Source: a virus
Reading direction: 5' to 3' (one strand)
DNA length: 64,000 nt
Virus record (IMG/VR): IMGVR_UViG_3300049218_000295
Location: 96,001 to 160,000 of that record
In this document: in pieces, positions 41,634 to 50,551 of the stretch
Numbering within the stretch: position 1 is the first letter of the stretch
Layout of the letters: each line of letters starts with the position of its first letter
Translations under genes and position numbers: made by a program
The notes under the pieces: model-generated
Database searches by the model: none
What the model was told of the DNA's origin: nothing
The model's input: the letters and a program-made list of their open reading frames with translations, nothing else

Positions 41634-41880
41634 TCTTCGTTCTCGTCTTCCGGAACCGTCGGCACCATCCAAATCAGAATTACCAAAATAAATAGCCCCA
41701 GGGACAACAACGCCCAGTCACCGTTGATTTCCGGAGCCGGTTCCGATTCCGGAACGGCTACGATTGTTGCATGGTCGCTTGATAGCGGCTTAATAAAATC
41801 CTGGGCTCGAGCGGGCTGCCAGTATTCTTGTTGTGGAGTATCCATCCATGGCCCTCCTTTTCAAGGTAGGACTGGAAAAA

Positions 41881-41956
41881 TGGTAGGTGCTGCAGGAGTT
41901 GAACCTGCGACCTTCTGCGAGTCATGCAGAAGCTCTACCAACTGAGCTAAGCACCC
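41881..41956 (-). tRNA. tRNA-Val(GAC)
   Basis: TCTGC-ATGACTC-GCAGA; CCA. Confidence 0.9.
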
Positions 41957-41976
41957 ACGTGCCGACGCAGACGAGT

Positions 41977-42366
41977 CTATTTGTTAAAGTGTTTGTAGAA
42001 ACCTTCGAGGGAACTGCGCTGCTTCACGACTTCGTCAATCATTTTGTGGAGTTCCTGGTCTTTCTCTTTACTGCCTTTATCAAGCAAGCCCAGCAAGTAT
42101 GTTTTGAGGCCGTCAAAGCGTTCAGCTTCGGTCATATAAGACTTTTTGGCCGCTTCAGCAGACTTGCCGACTTTGAGGACGGCCTTTAGGACGTCAAGCC
42201 ACGGAGCATTGGGACCGACGGGGAGCTTGTCCATCGTGGAGACAACCAGCGAGTCTTCCTTCATGTCCCCGTTCGCATCGAGTGCGTAAACTTGAACTTC
42301 TTTTCCGTCCACAATAACGCGCCAGGTAGCGCCTTGGTACTTGACTGAGTTTTCCGCTGATGCCAT
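41977..42366 (-). CDS. Hypothetical protein
   Basis: TATATT-N6-ATG start at 42366. Confidence 0.55.
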   Translation of the reverse strand: MASAENSVKYQGATWRVIVDGKEVQVYALDANGDMKEDSLVVSTMDKLPVGPNAPWLDVLKAVLKVGKSAEAAKKSYMTEAERFDGLKTYLLGLLDKGSKEKDQELHKMIDEVVKQRSSLEGFYKHFNK

Positions 42367-42391
42367 GGCTATAATATAACTCACGAGCGTA

Positions 42392-42465
42392 TGGTGGGGC
42401 CACAGAGAATCGAACTCTGATCTTCCGGTTAAAAGCCGGAAGCTCTACCGTTGAGCTATAACCCC
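42392..42465 (-). tRNA. tRNA-Lys(TTT)
   Basis: TCCGG-CTTTTAA-CCGGA; CCA. Confidence 0.93.
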
Positions 42466-42476
42466 ATAAAAGAAAC

Positions 42477-42507
42477 TTGACAAACTACGGACAATATGCT
42501 ATAAGGT
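42477..42507 (+). promoter_or_regulatory. sigma70-type promoter for the small-ORF cluster 42514-44047
   Basis: TTGACA-17 bp-TATAAG with extended -10 TG. Confidence 0.7.
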
Positions 42508-42513
42508 ACATCA

Positions 42514-42861
42514 ATGAAAAAAGCAGTTGCGATAGTTAGCCAGGATTCAGAATTAGAACAGATGGTAAAGGCGCTCACCGAGGTCGATGAGCACTATGAC
42601 CAAAAGCAGGAATTTCTGGTGAAACAGGCCAAAGACCTCAAAAAAGAGCGCAAGGCTCGGTCCGAGCCTATTCTGAATAGCATACTTAACCATCTCCGCG
42701 ACCATAACAAACTTCCGCCCGGCTTTGATGAAAAAACCCACCACTTGCACGTTGATGAAGATGCTGATGCCGTCATGGTTTGCGACGGTTCTGAGCACTC
42801 AGGGCATCCAATTCTGCAATTCCTGGGCGGGCTTGGTTTTAATCCAGAAAGTCTCGAATGA
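42514..42861 (+). CDS. Hypothetical protein
   Basis: First ORF after the promoter; followed by small ORFs at 42858, 43351 and 43656. Confidence 0.6.
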   Translation: MKKAVAIVSQDSELEQMVKALTEVDEHYDQKQEFLVKQAKDLKKERKARSEPILNSILNHLRDHNKLPPGFDEKTHHLHVDEDADAVMVCDGSEHSGHPILQFLGGLGFNPESLE

Positions 42862-43879
42862 TGTTCATTACCGAAAAGCCCGAAGCCTTTATTAGTGGCA
42901 TCTTTGCACAAAAAGGCGACTGTCTAGAATACGCGGTCAAGAACTTCGCCAAGGGGGACGGCCACAAAGTCCGCGAACTGCGCGAAATCAATCACTACCC
43001 ATTCTTTATCATTGAGCGTCCCAAAGGCTCATTCAAGTTCTTGCAATACAAGAAAGACTTGCCCAAAAAGTGGCAGAAGAAAAAGGGCTACACGGTTTAT
43101 ACGATTACTAAGGATTGGCAACCGCCGACTCCAAAGACCGACTATATGGGTGCACTCGAACATGAACACAGCGATGAGGAAGTCTAATGCTTGGTGAGGG
43201 CTATCGGAGCCTACAAAGACTCGTTCTGGCTAGTCGTTACTGGAGTTGGCTCCTGTACTTTTGTCGGGGTTTGCTACCTCTATCTTACTCTGCGTTGCAT
43301 GCACAAAGGTTACGTGCAGCCGCCAGGAGTAGTTTCATTAGCCCGTTATCGTGACCAAAGGAGATTCAGTGGCCTCAAAAATTGAACACATCGTGAAGCA
43401 TGATGCTTATACCGACGCCTTGCTTTGGGCCATGGATGTTGACCATGAAAGCACTGTCAAGTGGCTCGCGGAAAAAGCTGACGCTCACAAAAAGTATTTA
43501 GAAGAAATTCGCACCAAGAAGGCGGCCTATTACGCCACTGCCCCCAAGAACCGATTTCTAAACTGGCTCGGTCACAAATGTTTGGCCTGGGCCTGGGGCG
43601 GGAATTCTTATATGGCAATTACACTGAACCAAACCAATGAACCTAGGGAGACTATATGACCGATTATCAACTGTTAGTAGAAACTTTCACTAAACTGGGC
43701 ATCAAATTCGAAGAATGCGATGAGCGCGTGATGACCACGCCAATTCCAGTTCTTGGTGCGACTAAGTTTCTTTCAGTACTAGTTGCCCATTATCATTTCG
43801 CCGCTGACGGAACCTATCTCGGCACCGAGTGCAACGGCGACGGCACTTTCGTTAAGTCAACCAAGCTGTAATAAGTACC

Positions 43880-44047
43880 GTGGGGGAACTTATCGAGCTG
43901 GAACAGTACGAATGCGTGTCTGTATGCAAAAAGCGCTTCACGCTTGTGGTCAATGACGACCTAAAAATCTGCCCGCAGTGTGGTGACGTGCTGTATTGCA
44001 TCGGTAAATACTCCGTCATGAGGAAGATTAAAAAGCGCTTTGGCTAA
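43880..44047 (+). CDS. 55-aa Zn-ribbon protein (not in the ORF track)
   Basis: GTG start; YECVSVC...ICPQCGD. Confidence 0.5.
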   Translation: MGELIELEQYECVSVCKKRFTLVVNDDLKICPQCGDVLYCIGKYSVMRKIKKRFG

Positions 44048-44052
44048 AAATG

Positions 44053-44127
44053 TGGTGGAGATGTGGGGAATCGAACCCCAACTCGCTGCGTGCAAAGCAG
44101 CAGTGCTACCACTATCACTACATCCCC
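44053..44127 (-). tRNA. tRNA-Ala(TGC)
   Basis: GCTGC-TTTGCAC-GCAGC; G3:U70; CCA. Confidence 0.92.
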
Positions 44128-44131
44128 AATT

Positions 44132-44207
44132 TGGTGGAGCCAGTCGGGTACGATCCGACGACCTTTAGACTGCCAGCCTAACGCTCTACCAACTGAGCTA
44201 TGACCCC
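44132..44207 (-). tRNA. tRNA-Ala(GGC)
   Basis: TTAGG-CTGGCAG-TCTAA; G3:U70; CCA. Confidence 0.9.
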
Positions 44208-44216
44208 ACAAACGAA

Positions 44217-44304
44217 TTGAGCGCCCCGCCTTCGCGCTGACTAGTATGCACCTACGCGGGTTAATCCTCGTGCGTGCGTAGTGCACGAGTTGGAAAGCGC
44301 TCAA
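44217..44304 (-). ncRNA. Candidate structured RNA between tRNAs
   Basis: TTGAGCGC/GCGCTCAA closing stem; inner TGCACTACGC/GCGTAGGTGCA stem. Confidence 0.45.
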
Positions 44305-44307
44305 AAT

Positions 44308-44384
44308 TGGTGCCCATCGTCGGATTCGAACCGACACTGTCTACTTACTCAAAGTAGCGACTCCTGCCGTTGGTCTAGACGGGC
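44308..44384 (-). tRNA. tRNA-Leu(GAG), short variable loop
   Basis: CTACT-TTGAGTA-AGTAG; CCA. Confidence 0.88.
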
Positions 44385-44398
44385 GCATTAAACAAAAA

Positions 44399-44475
44399 TG
44401 GTGCCGCCCGAGGGACTCGAACCCTCAACGCCTACGGTCTAAACGTAGTGACTCTACCAATTGGTCTAGAGCGGC
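44399..44475 (-). tRNA. tRNA-Leu(TAG), short variable loop
   Basis: CTACG-TTTAGAC-CGTAG; CCA. Confidence 0.88.
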
Positions 44476-44487
44476 ATAAAACACTTG

Positions 44488-44958
44488 ATGGCTAAAGTTT
44501 ACGCAGGTATTGGTTCTAGGTCGACTCCCGAAACCGTCTTACAAAAGTTTATTTCGATTGCCTCGCTTCTTGAAATTCGAGGCTTCCACCTCCGTTCGGG
44601 TGGAGCGGTGGGAGCAGACCAGGCCTTTGAAAAGGGCGTCGCGCAACCCCACATGAAAGAAGAGCTGCGGCCAAGGGATGCCACCGAGGCTGCAATGGAA
44701 ATCGCGGCCCGTATTCACCCTGCCTGGCACATGTGCGATGAGCCTGCTCGTCGATTGCACGGTCGCAATGTCCAAATCATTCTGGGTCGCGACCTTCAAG
44801 ACCCAGTGATGTTTGTCCTGGCTTATACCGAATCACCCGACCGGGGTGGAACTCGTACTGGTCTAGTGCTGGCCAAAGACTACAGCAAACCGGTGTTCAA
44901 TTTCGCAGTCCCAGGAACCGAAGAAGCCTTCATGAAATACTATACTGAGTCTCTGTAG
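44488..44958 (+). CDS. SLOG/DprA-like Rossmannoid protein
   Basis: YAGIGSRSTP, LRSGGAVGADQAFE, HGRN, GGT. Confidence 0.8.
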   Translation: MAKVYAGIGSRSTPETVLQKFISIASLLEIRGFHLRSGGAVGADQAFEKGVAQPHMKEELRPRDATEAAMEIAARIHPAWHMCDEPARRLHGRNVQIILGRDLQDPVMFVLAYTESPDRGGTRTGLVLAKDYSKPVFNFAVPGTEEAFMKYYTESL

Positions 44959-45033
44959 TGGTGGTCCCTGCGCGAATCGAACGCGCATTCTCACTTTAGG
45001 AAAGTGTAGTCCTGTCCATTGAACGAAGGGACC
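44959..45033 (-). tRNA. tRNA-Arg(CCT)
   Basis: CACT-TTCCTAA-AGTG; CCA. Confidence 0.85.
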
Positions 45034-45048
45034 GGTTATCTTGTAACC

Positions 45049-45465
45049 ATGACCAGGAAACTACTTGCGGCGCTTCAAAAAGTGGTTGCTTCCAAAATTA
45101 TCAACTTACAGTCTTTGGGCCATGGCGACATCGATATTCTATCTAGCCTCCTCAAACTCGAAGAGGAAATGGGACTAGAAATTTCCGGACAGGTGCCCTT
45201 ATTTGGTATGATCGATGGGGTTCATGTTGCTGCGGCTATTTGGGTTGAGCCCGAGGGTGGCTTCTTCACTGTTGCGGTCGACCCCAAATACCAGAGCAAA
45301 GGCTACGCACGCAAGTTGCTTGAAAAATTGATTAAGTATGGCAAAGAGCAAGGATGGGAATTCCTCTGCTGTGACGCCATTCATCCAGCTACCAAGCATT
45401 TGGCCCAAGATTTGGGCTTTGTTCATCGCGGCAACATTGAGTGGTACCTTAGCCTGGAAGAGTAA
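45049..45465 (+). CDS. GNAT acetyltransferase
   Basis: VAVDPKYQSKGYARKLL acetyl-CoA motif A; LGF. Confidence 0.85.
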   Translation: MTRKLLAALQKVVASKIINLQSLGHGDIDILSSLLKLEEEMGLEISGQVPLFGMIDGVHVAAAIWVEPEGGFFTVAVDPKYQSKGYARKLLEKLIKYGKEQGWEFLCCDAIHPATKHLAQDLGFVHRGNIEWYLSLEE

Positions 45466-45477
45466 AATTCGGGTACT

Positions 45478-46890
45478 ATGCAAACCTTTGGTGCCCAGTA
45501 TGTTGTTTACGAAGATAGTGGTTTTCTTAGAGAGTCAGTGCACCGCGTCTACCCCTTCCTAAAGAAGATACTGTTCCTGGTTGGGTTCGAGCCCTGGAAT
45601 GGCAAGGGCGATGTTAAGTACCCACTGCAATCCATTGAACGCATCTTCTCGATGCCCGACCCGGATAAGAAGTTTGTCGTTGTCCAAAAGTACTGGGCTA
45701 CCGAGGAAGAGCAACGCAATGAAGGTCTAAAGATTCTTCACGAACTGGGTTGCGACTGGGGCGTGGTCATCGACGATGACGAACTATACAATCGCCAGGA
45801 GTTCTACAACACTCTAAACAGAATTTCCAACTGGAGCCACAGTAATGGTCACCCGTCGGCTTTCACAGTCCCTCAGCAAATTTATTGGAAAAACCGCGAT
45901 ACCGTGATCGCCCATATTTCAAGTTCTCTACCGACCTTCGCATTTACGACTCCGGGCTATGTGCATTTCACTAAGCACCGAGCATATTACGTCGACATTG
46001 GGGTCTGGAATAACTTAGATCAGAGCGAAATTGTTTGTCACCATATGTCCTATGTGCGTTCCGATGAACAGATGCTTCGCAAGATTTCGACATTCTCCCA
46101 TGCCGATGAAATCCGCAATGATTGGTACCAGAACAAATGGCTCGGTTGGAATACAACTGTTTGGAATACAACTGTTACTAACTTGCATCCTATTAATCCC
46201 CAAGATTTTCACTATGCAATGAATGCCTGCTTCTCGTCACATATTCTTGAAGCCATTCCTCACGAATTGACTTTCACGCCGGAAAAGACTTTGTTTGACT
46301 CCTATGTTGACTACCGTAATTCACAACTGGTAGATTTCAAATCCCATGAAAGCGAAAACACAGTATGGTCCGACGGTCAGAAGCGTTTTATTGACGAGTT
46401 CATGCACTATCCGCTCGATGCCCAAATCCTCGACATTTCTTGTGGCGATGGTATCGGACTCCGACAGTTCAGAGACAAAGGGTTCACCAAAGTCGAAGGC
46501 TTCGAATGGGACACTGATAAGACCGAACGCGCCCGCCAGTACGGTTATCGTGTACATCAGGGCGACATGCACGACCTGCACAATTTCCCGCCGCAGAGTT
46601 TCGATGTAGTTTATTCTTCGCATACTTTGGAGCACGCTTTGAAACCAAAAAAGGTCTTGCAGCAGTTCCGACATGTGCTTCGGGCGGACGGTGATTTGGT
46701 ACTTGTGTTGCCTTTCCCAGACACCGGACCTGATAAGGCTCATTGCGGAAAATATGAACTCGGGACCGACCGCGACGATGGCGGCCAGAAACTTACTCAG
46801 TTTCTAGAAGAGCTTGGTTTCAAAGTTATTGAGAAACGCTTTGATAACTTCCGCGAACCGGAAATCTGGTTGCGCTGCAAACCTCTATAG
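45478..46890 (+). CDS. Glycosyltransferase (GT-A) fused to a class I SAM methyltransferase
   Basis: QRN...IDDDE...HHMSYVR in the N-half; ILDISCGDG, GDMH, FDVVYSSHTLEH in the C-half. Confidence 0.8.
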   Translation: MQTFGAQYVVYEDSGFLRESVHRVYPFLKKILFLVGFEPWNGKGDVKYPLQSIERIFSMPDPDKKFVVVQKYWATEEEQRNEGLKILHELGCDWGVVIDDDELYNRQEFYNTLNRISNWSHSNGHPSAFTVPQQIYWKNRDTVIAHISSSLPTFAFTTPGYVHFTKHRAYYVDIGVWNNLDQSEIVCHHMSYVRSDEQMLRKISTFSHADEIRNDWYQNKWLGWNTTVWNTTVTNLHPINPQDFHYAMNACFSSHILEAIPHELTFTPEKTLFDSYVDYRNSQLVDFKSHESENTVWSDGQKRFIDEFMHYPLDAQILDISCGDGIGLRQFRDKGFTKVEGFEWDTDKTERARQYGYRVHQGDMHDLHNFPPQSFDVVYSSHTLEHALKPKKVLQQFRHVLRADGDLVLVLPFPDTGPDKAHCGKYELGTDRDDGGQKLTQFLEELGFKVIEKRFDNFREPEIWLRCKPL

Positions 46891-46913
46891 CCATTTCCAG
46901 TTATTTTTGAGAC

Positions 46914-47447
46914 ATGAATACGTTGATGCGCGCCCTGGCTCGTGTTCTCGCTGAGGAACAGCCCCAAGAGTTGCCTAAACCCGTTCTCAATTTCTTCCGT
47001 GCTTGGGATAACTGGGTGAAAGATAAAGCACTCGAATACTCTAGGGAACCGGCGGTCAAAGACTTTTTGAGCAAATATCAGCCAAAGCATGCTATGAAAC
47101 TATATCGTGGACTAAAGTACGAGACAGAACATAAATCCCTCTTTGAAAAATTTCTAGGTACAGAGGTCAAAGAAGGCGTGGTTTTTGACTATAGCGACAA
47201 GCAGCTCTCTTCATGGACCACGGACATCAGTCACATTGAATATGGTGATTTTCATTGTGATGAGGTTTGCAAATATGGGGTGATTCTAGAGGCGACTGTC
47301 CCACAGAATCTCCTTCTCGTTGATTTTTCCCTAATTCCGGAAGACTTAGCAAAGCTACTAGCTCTCCGAAATGAGGGAGAAGTTATTGTACAGCCTGGGA
47401 AGTTTCAGGCAAAGATAAAGTCTTTATCGACTTACAAGTCTGAGTAA
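46914..47447 (+). CDS. Putative ADP-ribosyltransferase (R-S-E type)
   Basis: LYRGL...SSWTTD...NEGEVIV. Confidence 0.65.
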   Translation: MNTLMRALARVLAEEQPQELPKPVLNFFRAWDNWVKDKALEYSREPAVKDFLSKYQPKHAMKLYRGLKYETEHKSLFEKFLGTEVKEGVVFDYSDKQLSSWTTDISHIEYGDFHCDEVCKYGVILEATVPQNLLLVDFSLIPEDLAKLLALRNEGEVIVQPGKFQAKIKSLSTYKSE

Positions 47448-47449
47448 AG

Positions 47450-47526
47450 TGGTAGCCCCAGGGAGATTCGAACTCGCCGTCTGTAGATTCGTAGTCTACT
47501 GTCCTATCCTATTGAACGACAGGGCC
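47450..47526 (-). tRNA. tRNA-Arg(ACG)
   Basis: GTAGA-CTACGAA-TCTAC; CCA. Confidence 0.88.
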
Positions 47527-47530
47527 ACAT

Positions 47531-47604
47531 ACAGATGAGGGATGGTGGAGGCGTCGCATTCCGGACTCCCCGGTTAGCGACTAGCATCCTTTCCATCCCT
47601 CTGT
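47531..47604 (-). ncRNA. Candidate rod-shaped small RNA
   Basis: GAGGGATGG/CCATCCCTC, GTCGC/GCGAC and CCGG/CCGG nested stems; promoter-like motif immediately upstream. Confidence 0.55.
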
Positions 47605-47605
47605 C

Positions 47606-47638
47606 TTTAAAGATGGTTATGTTTTGGTCTTTGTCAAG
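47606..47638 (-). promoter_or_regulatory. Promoter-like motif, copy 1
   Basis: CTTGACAAA-N8-CATAACCATCTTTA; repeated at 48009. Confidence 0.6.
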
Positions 47639-47989
47639 TTAGGAAGCTTGCTCGATTTGCTTGGTAGAACCGCCGGTAATCGAGATCGCTCGCACCTTTG
47701 GCTGCACTCGCGGTAGCGAGATTTCAAGCAGTCCATTTTGCAGTGAAGCATCGATTTTTTCGTAATCGATGTTCTCTGGCAAAATGAAGTCCTGTTTGAA
47801 GTCCGAACCGCGTTTACGGTACTCGACTCGTAGAGCATGTTCTTGTTCCAACACTGAAACTTTGCACTGCTCCGAAGTTACGCCAGGTAGTTCCATTGTG
47901 AGCTTGCCATCGCTATAAGTTACTCCGGCTGGAGCTGTTGGAACATTCCAAGCAGGAAACGTAAAGGGAAAGAAAAGGTCATTAATCAT
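47639..47989 (-). CDS. Small heat-shock protein (Hsp20)
   Basis: MELPGV, FKQDFILPENID...IDASLQNGLLEISLP; AAGGAGG SD. Confidence 0.9.
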   Translation of the reverse strand: MINDLFFPFTFPAWNVPTAPAGVTYSDGKLTMELPGVTSEQCKVSVLEQEHALRVEYRKRGSDFKQDFILPENIDYEKIDASLQNGLLEISLPRVQPKVRAISITGGSTKQIEQAS

Positions 47990-48008
47990 AACTACCTCCT
48001 TGTACTTC

Positions 48009-48040
48009 TAAAGATGGTTATGATTAGGCCATTTGTCAAG
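48009..48040 (-). promoter_or_regulatory. Promoter-like motif, copy 2 (upstream of Hsp20)
   Basis: CTTGACAAA-N9-CATAACCATCTTTA. Confidence 0.6.
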
Positions 48041-48042
48041 TA

Positions 48043-48117
48043 TGGAGCCTCGTGCTGGAATCGGACCAGCCGAAACGGTTTTGCAAACCGCTACCTTAGC
48101 CACTTGGTTAACGAGGC
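48043..48117 (-). tRNA. tRNA-Cys(GCA)
   Basis: GCGGT-TTGCAAA-ACCGT; U73; CCA. Confidence 0.9.
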
Positions 48118-48127
48118 GTGTTATTAG

Positions 48128-48201
48128 TGGAGCCCGCGAGGAGAATCGAACTCCTGACACCACGTTGGAAGCGTGAGATTTTACCACTAAATTACACGGG
48201 C
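48128..48201 (-). tRNA. tRNA-Gly(TCC)
   Basis: TCACG-CTTCCAA-CGTGG; U73; CCA. Confidence 0.9.
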
Positions 48202-48515
48202 ACCAAACTTGTTAAACCTTTTCGAACTTGTCACCCCGCCAGACGTAGAGACCGTCGGCCACGGCGATGAATTCAGAGTCTGGGCTTCTCCACGTGTTCT
48301 CCGTGACCAGAATGGTAAGGAGAGTACCCCGATATTTGTAAATTCGATAACCCAAATCCTTATTGACGTCTACCAATTTCTTAGCTTCCTTGTGGTCAGC
48401 ATCACAGATTTCCACAATCACGCAGTTAAAACGGCTCATACTATTCTCCCTTGGATATACACCTGCACTATACAGGTGTTCAATTAGCTAGTAATTGATA
48501 GTATGAGCTTTTGGC

Positions 48516-48896
48516 TCATTCTGGGAGATGCGGTTCTTCGAGGTCCTGGGGTTCGCCCATTTCGTCTGCCGGAGGCAGGTGCTCTTCCTCTTCGCCTTCG
48601 AGTTCTTCTACATGATGGGAATACTCGTGCGCAATCATCAGGGCTTCTTTTTGACTAATTCCGTGTTGTACTAGTTTGTCAACCAGTTCACCAATTGAGT
48701 TACCAGCAAGAGGTTTAAGTTGCTTGATTAACTCTTCGTCTTTCATTTCACAGTAAGGCTTCAATTCGCCAAGACCCTTGGTCATGAACTCCTTTACGCA
48801 TTCCTTCAACTCCTGGATTCCGGAGTTCTCGGCGTAATCGTCGACCAAAAGGTCAATGAGTTTATCCCGGTCTTCTTTAGCGAGCTTGAATGCCAT
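48516..48896 (-). CDS. Acidic hypothetical protein
   Basis: GAGGGG SD before the ATG at 48896. Confidence 0.6.
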   Translation of the reverse strand: MAFKLAKEDRDKLIDLLVDDYAENSGIQELKECVKEFMTKGLGELKPYCEMKDEELIKQLKPLAGNSIGELVDKLVQHGISQKEALMIAHEYSHHVEELEGEEEEHLPPADEMGEPQDLEEPHLPE

Positions 48897-48941
48897 GGTA
48901 GTCCCCTCTGTGACAAAATTATAAGATAACACATAGCGAGT

Positions 48942-49016
48942 TGGGGTGACCGACCGGTACTGGCCCGGCTTGACCCGATTCACAATCGGGTGCATTACCT
49001 TTATGCTACGGCCACC
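48942..49016 (-). tRNA. tRNA-His(GTG)
   Basis: CCCGA-TTGTGAA-TCGGG; encoded G-1:C73; atypical T-loop GCCAGTA; CCA. Confidence 0.8.
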
Positions 49017-49303
49017 ACAGTAAACTAATTCCTAATTTCCGTAAGAAGGTACTCGCAAAACCACATCCAGTTTGAAGCGGTCCAGCGAGAGAAATCGAAA
49101 AGAACTGCCCCCATTGGGGCTTCCGGCCTCAGCGGTTGGCCAAAATGACTCGATGCGTGGTCCCGCATCTTCTGTATAATAGCAGCGTGATGAGCGATTC
49201 TATAAACACGAGCTTGGCTTAAGATTTTTTGCCTGTGGTAGGGTATTAGTTCTGAAAGGGTGACTTCGCTCACAGCATGCTATACCATGCGAAGTCACGC
49301 CTG

Positions 49304-49975
49304 TCAAATCTTGAATATAGGCGGCTTTCCGGCCACAATATTGGTTGGTGGGCCGTCGTCGTGGAAATCCTTAGGATCAATCTCGCCGTTGGGACCACGA
49401 GGTTTCTTCCCATAGCCTTTCCAACGGGCCTGAATGCACATATCCCGCTCGGGAAGATACTCGCGAATCCAGTCAAAAGGCACTACTAGCTTCCTATCCC
49501 TCAGCCAGCCTTCCAGAACAAAACGGAGGTCAAGGAGAACGTCCGAGCCGGTATCCGGAACTACTAGATAGCGGTCGAGCATCCCATACTCGTTGAGGAT
49601 TTCCTGTTGGGCCAGGGAAGGCGGACTATCTTCGATAAGGAGCCATTCGGTCCCTTCTTTGACGCCACCAGTCACCTGGATGGCTTGTAATTTATGGGCT
49701 TCATTTGCTCGGGGGTGCCAATCTTGATAGACAGGCATCATATACCCCCGCTCGTCTGCCGCTCTGGGCCAATAGTCCATAATGACCGAACCATGAGCAT
49801 AGATGGACTCAACGACATTTTTTCGGTTTGAGTTATCACTTACCCAGTAAATGTCAAAGTAGTGCCGCGCCCAGCCGGTGAGAGTGACGACATAAGGGCG
49901 AACTTGCCATTCTCCGCCATACTCGGCGTAAACCACGCCATCAAGATCAATATACAGTCGTGGTTTAGTGCTCAT
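49304..49975 (-). CDS. HAD-superfamily hydrolase
   Basis: LYIDLDGV, VRP, K...LLIEDS. Confidence 0.7.
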   Translation of the reverse strand: MSTKPRLYIDLDGVVYAEYGGEWQVRPYVVTLTGWARHYFDIYWVSDNSNRKNVVESIYAHGSVIMDYWPRAADERGYMMPVYQDWHPRANEAHKLQAIQVTGGVKEGTEWLLIEDSPPSLAQQEILNEYGMLDRYLVVPDTGSDVLLDLRFVLEGWLRDRKLVVPFDWIREYLPERDMCIQARWKGYGKKPRGPNGEIDPKDFHDDGPPTNIVAGKPPIFKI

Positions 49976-50184
49976 GGTCCCCTCAAGGGTTGCGTTTCGC
50001 TAGTCTTTAGTAATTTTTTCGATTTGCTCTGGCGTACAGCCCTTATCCAGGGCCTTCATCTTGAGAGCGCTCTTTTCATGGGAATCGTAAGCCATCATGG
50101 CGTATCCCGCCAACATGATCAGGGCCATCGCTCCCATTACTCCAATTTCAAATTCGCCTTTGTTATTCATAAGACCTTTTAAAG

Positions 50185-50270
50185 TGGAGCCGAGGGTGAG
50201 ATTCGAACTCACGTGGGGTTGCCCCTCCGCTTTACAAAAGCGGTGCTATCGACCACTAAGCGACCTCGGC
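50185..50270 (-). tRNA. tRNA-Thr(TGT) with long variable arm
   Basis: CCGCT-TTTGTAA-AGCGG; V-arm GGGG-CAA-CCCC; CCA. Confidence 0.8.
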
Positions 50271-50475
50271 AGCAAGAATTTTTCTGGCTTTCTTTCCTGG
50301 TTTGTAGCCTAAATCGGTTTCTGAGAAATCTTCAACAAAAGGACCGCAAGGTCTATCTGGAAAGAAGCCAACTGCAAAGTAAGTTTCTGGGTCAGCGTAA
50401 AACTGCAGAGCCTTACGTAAACGTCGAACTTCTTTTTCCAACTCTTTGACTCTGGGGTCTTTCATATTTCACTAA

Positions 50476-50549
50476 TGGAGCCGAGACCGAGAATCGGACT
50501 CGGGTTTATAGTTTACGAAACTATTGTTCTGCCACTGAACTATCTCGGC
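50476..50549 (-). tRNA. tRNA-Thr(CGT)
   Basis: ATAGT-TTCGTAA-ACTAT; CCA. Confidence 0.88.
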
Positions 50550-50551
50550 GC

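Noticed and set aside
44044-44337. ORF-track entries overlapping tRNAs (also 17673, 37271, 50472, 53569, 54517, and the N-terminal extensions of 32822, 40588, 45019, 48995)
   Set aside because: They are translations of tRNA sequence; true starts were reassigned downstream where motifs support them.
46146-46175. 15-bp tandem repeat GTTGGAATACAACTG/TTTGGAATACAACTG (WNTTV twice)
   Set aside because: A single in-frame micro-duplication in a linker region with no sign of function.
47531-47604. tmRNA 3' end or SRP RNA
   Set aside because: CTCCACCA lies largely within the stem with no T-arm or matching 5' GGGG end, and the SRP domain IV consensus is not present.
50185-50270. tRNA-Tyr(GTA) reading of the long-arm tRNA
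   Set aside because: The perfect 5-bp stem CCGCT/AGCGG centres TGT; shifting to GTA breaks the stem, and the discriminator is U.
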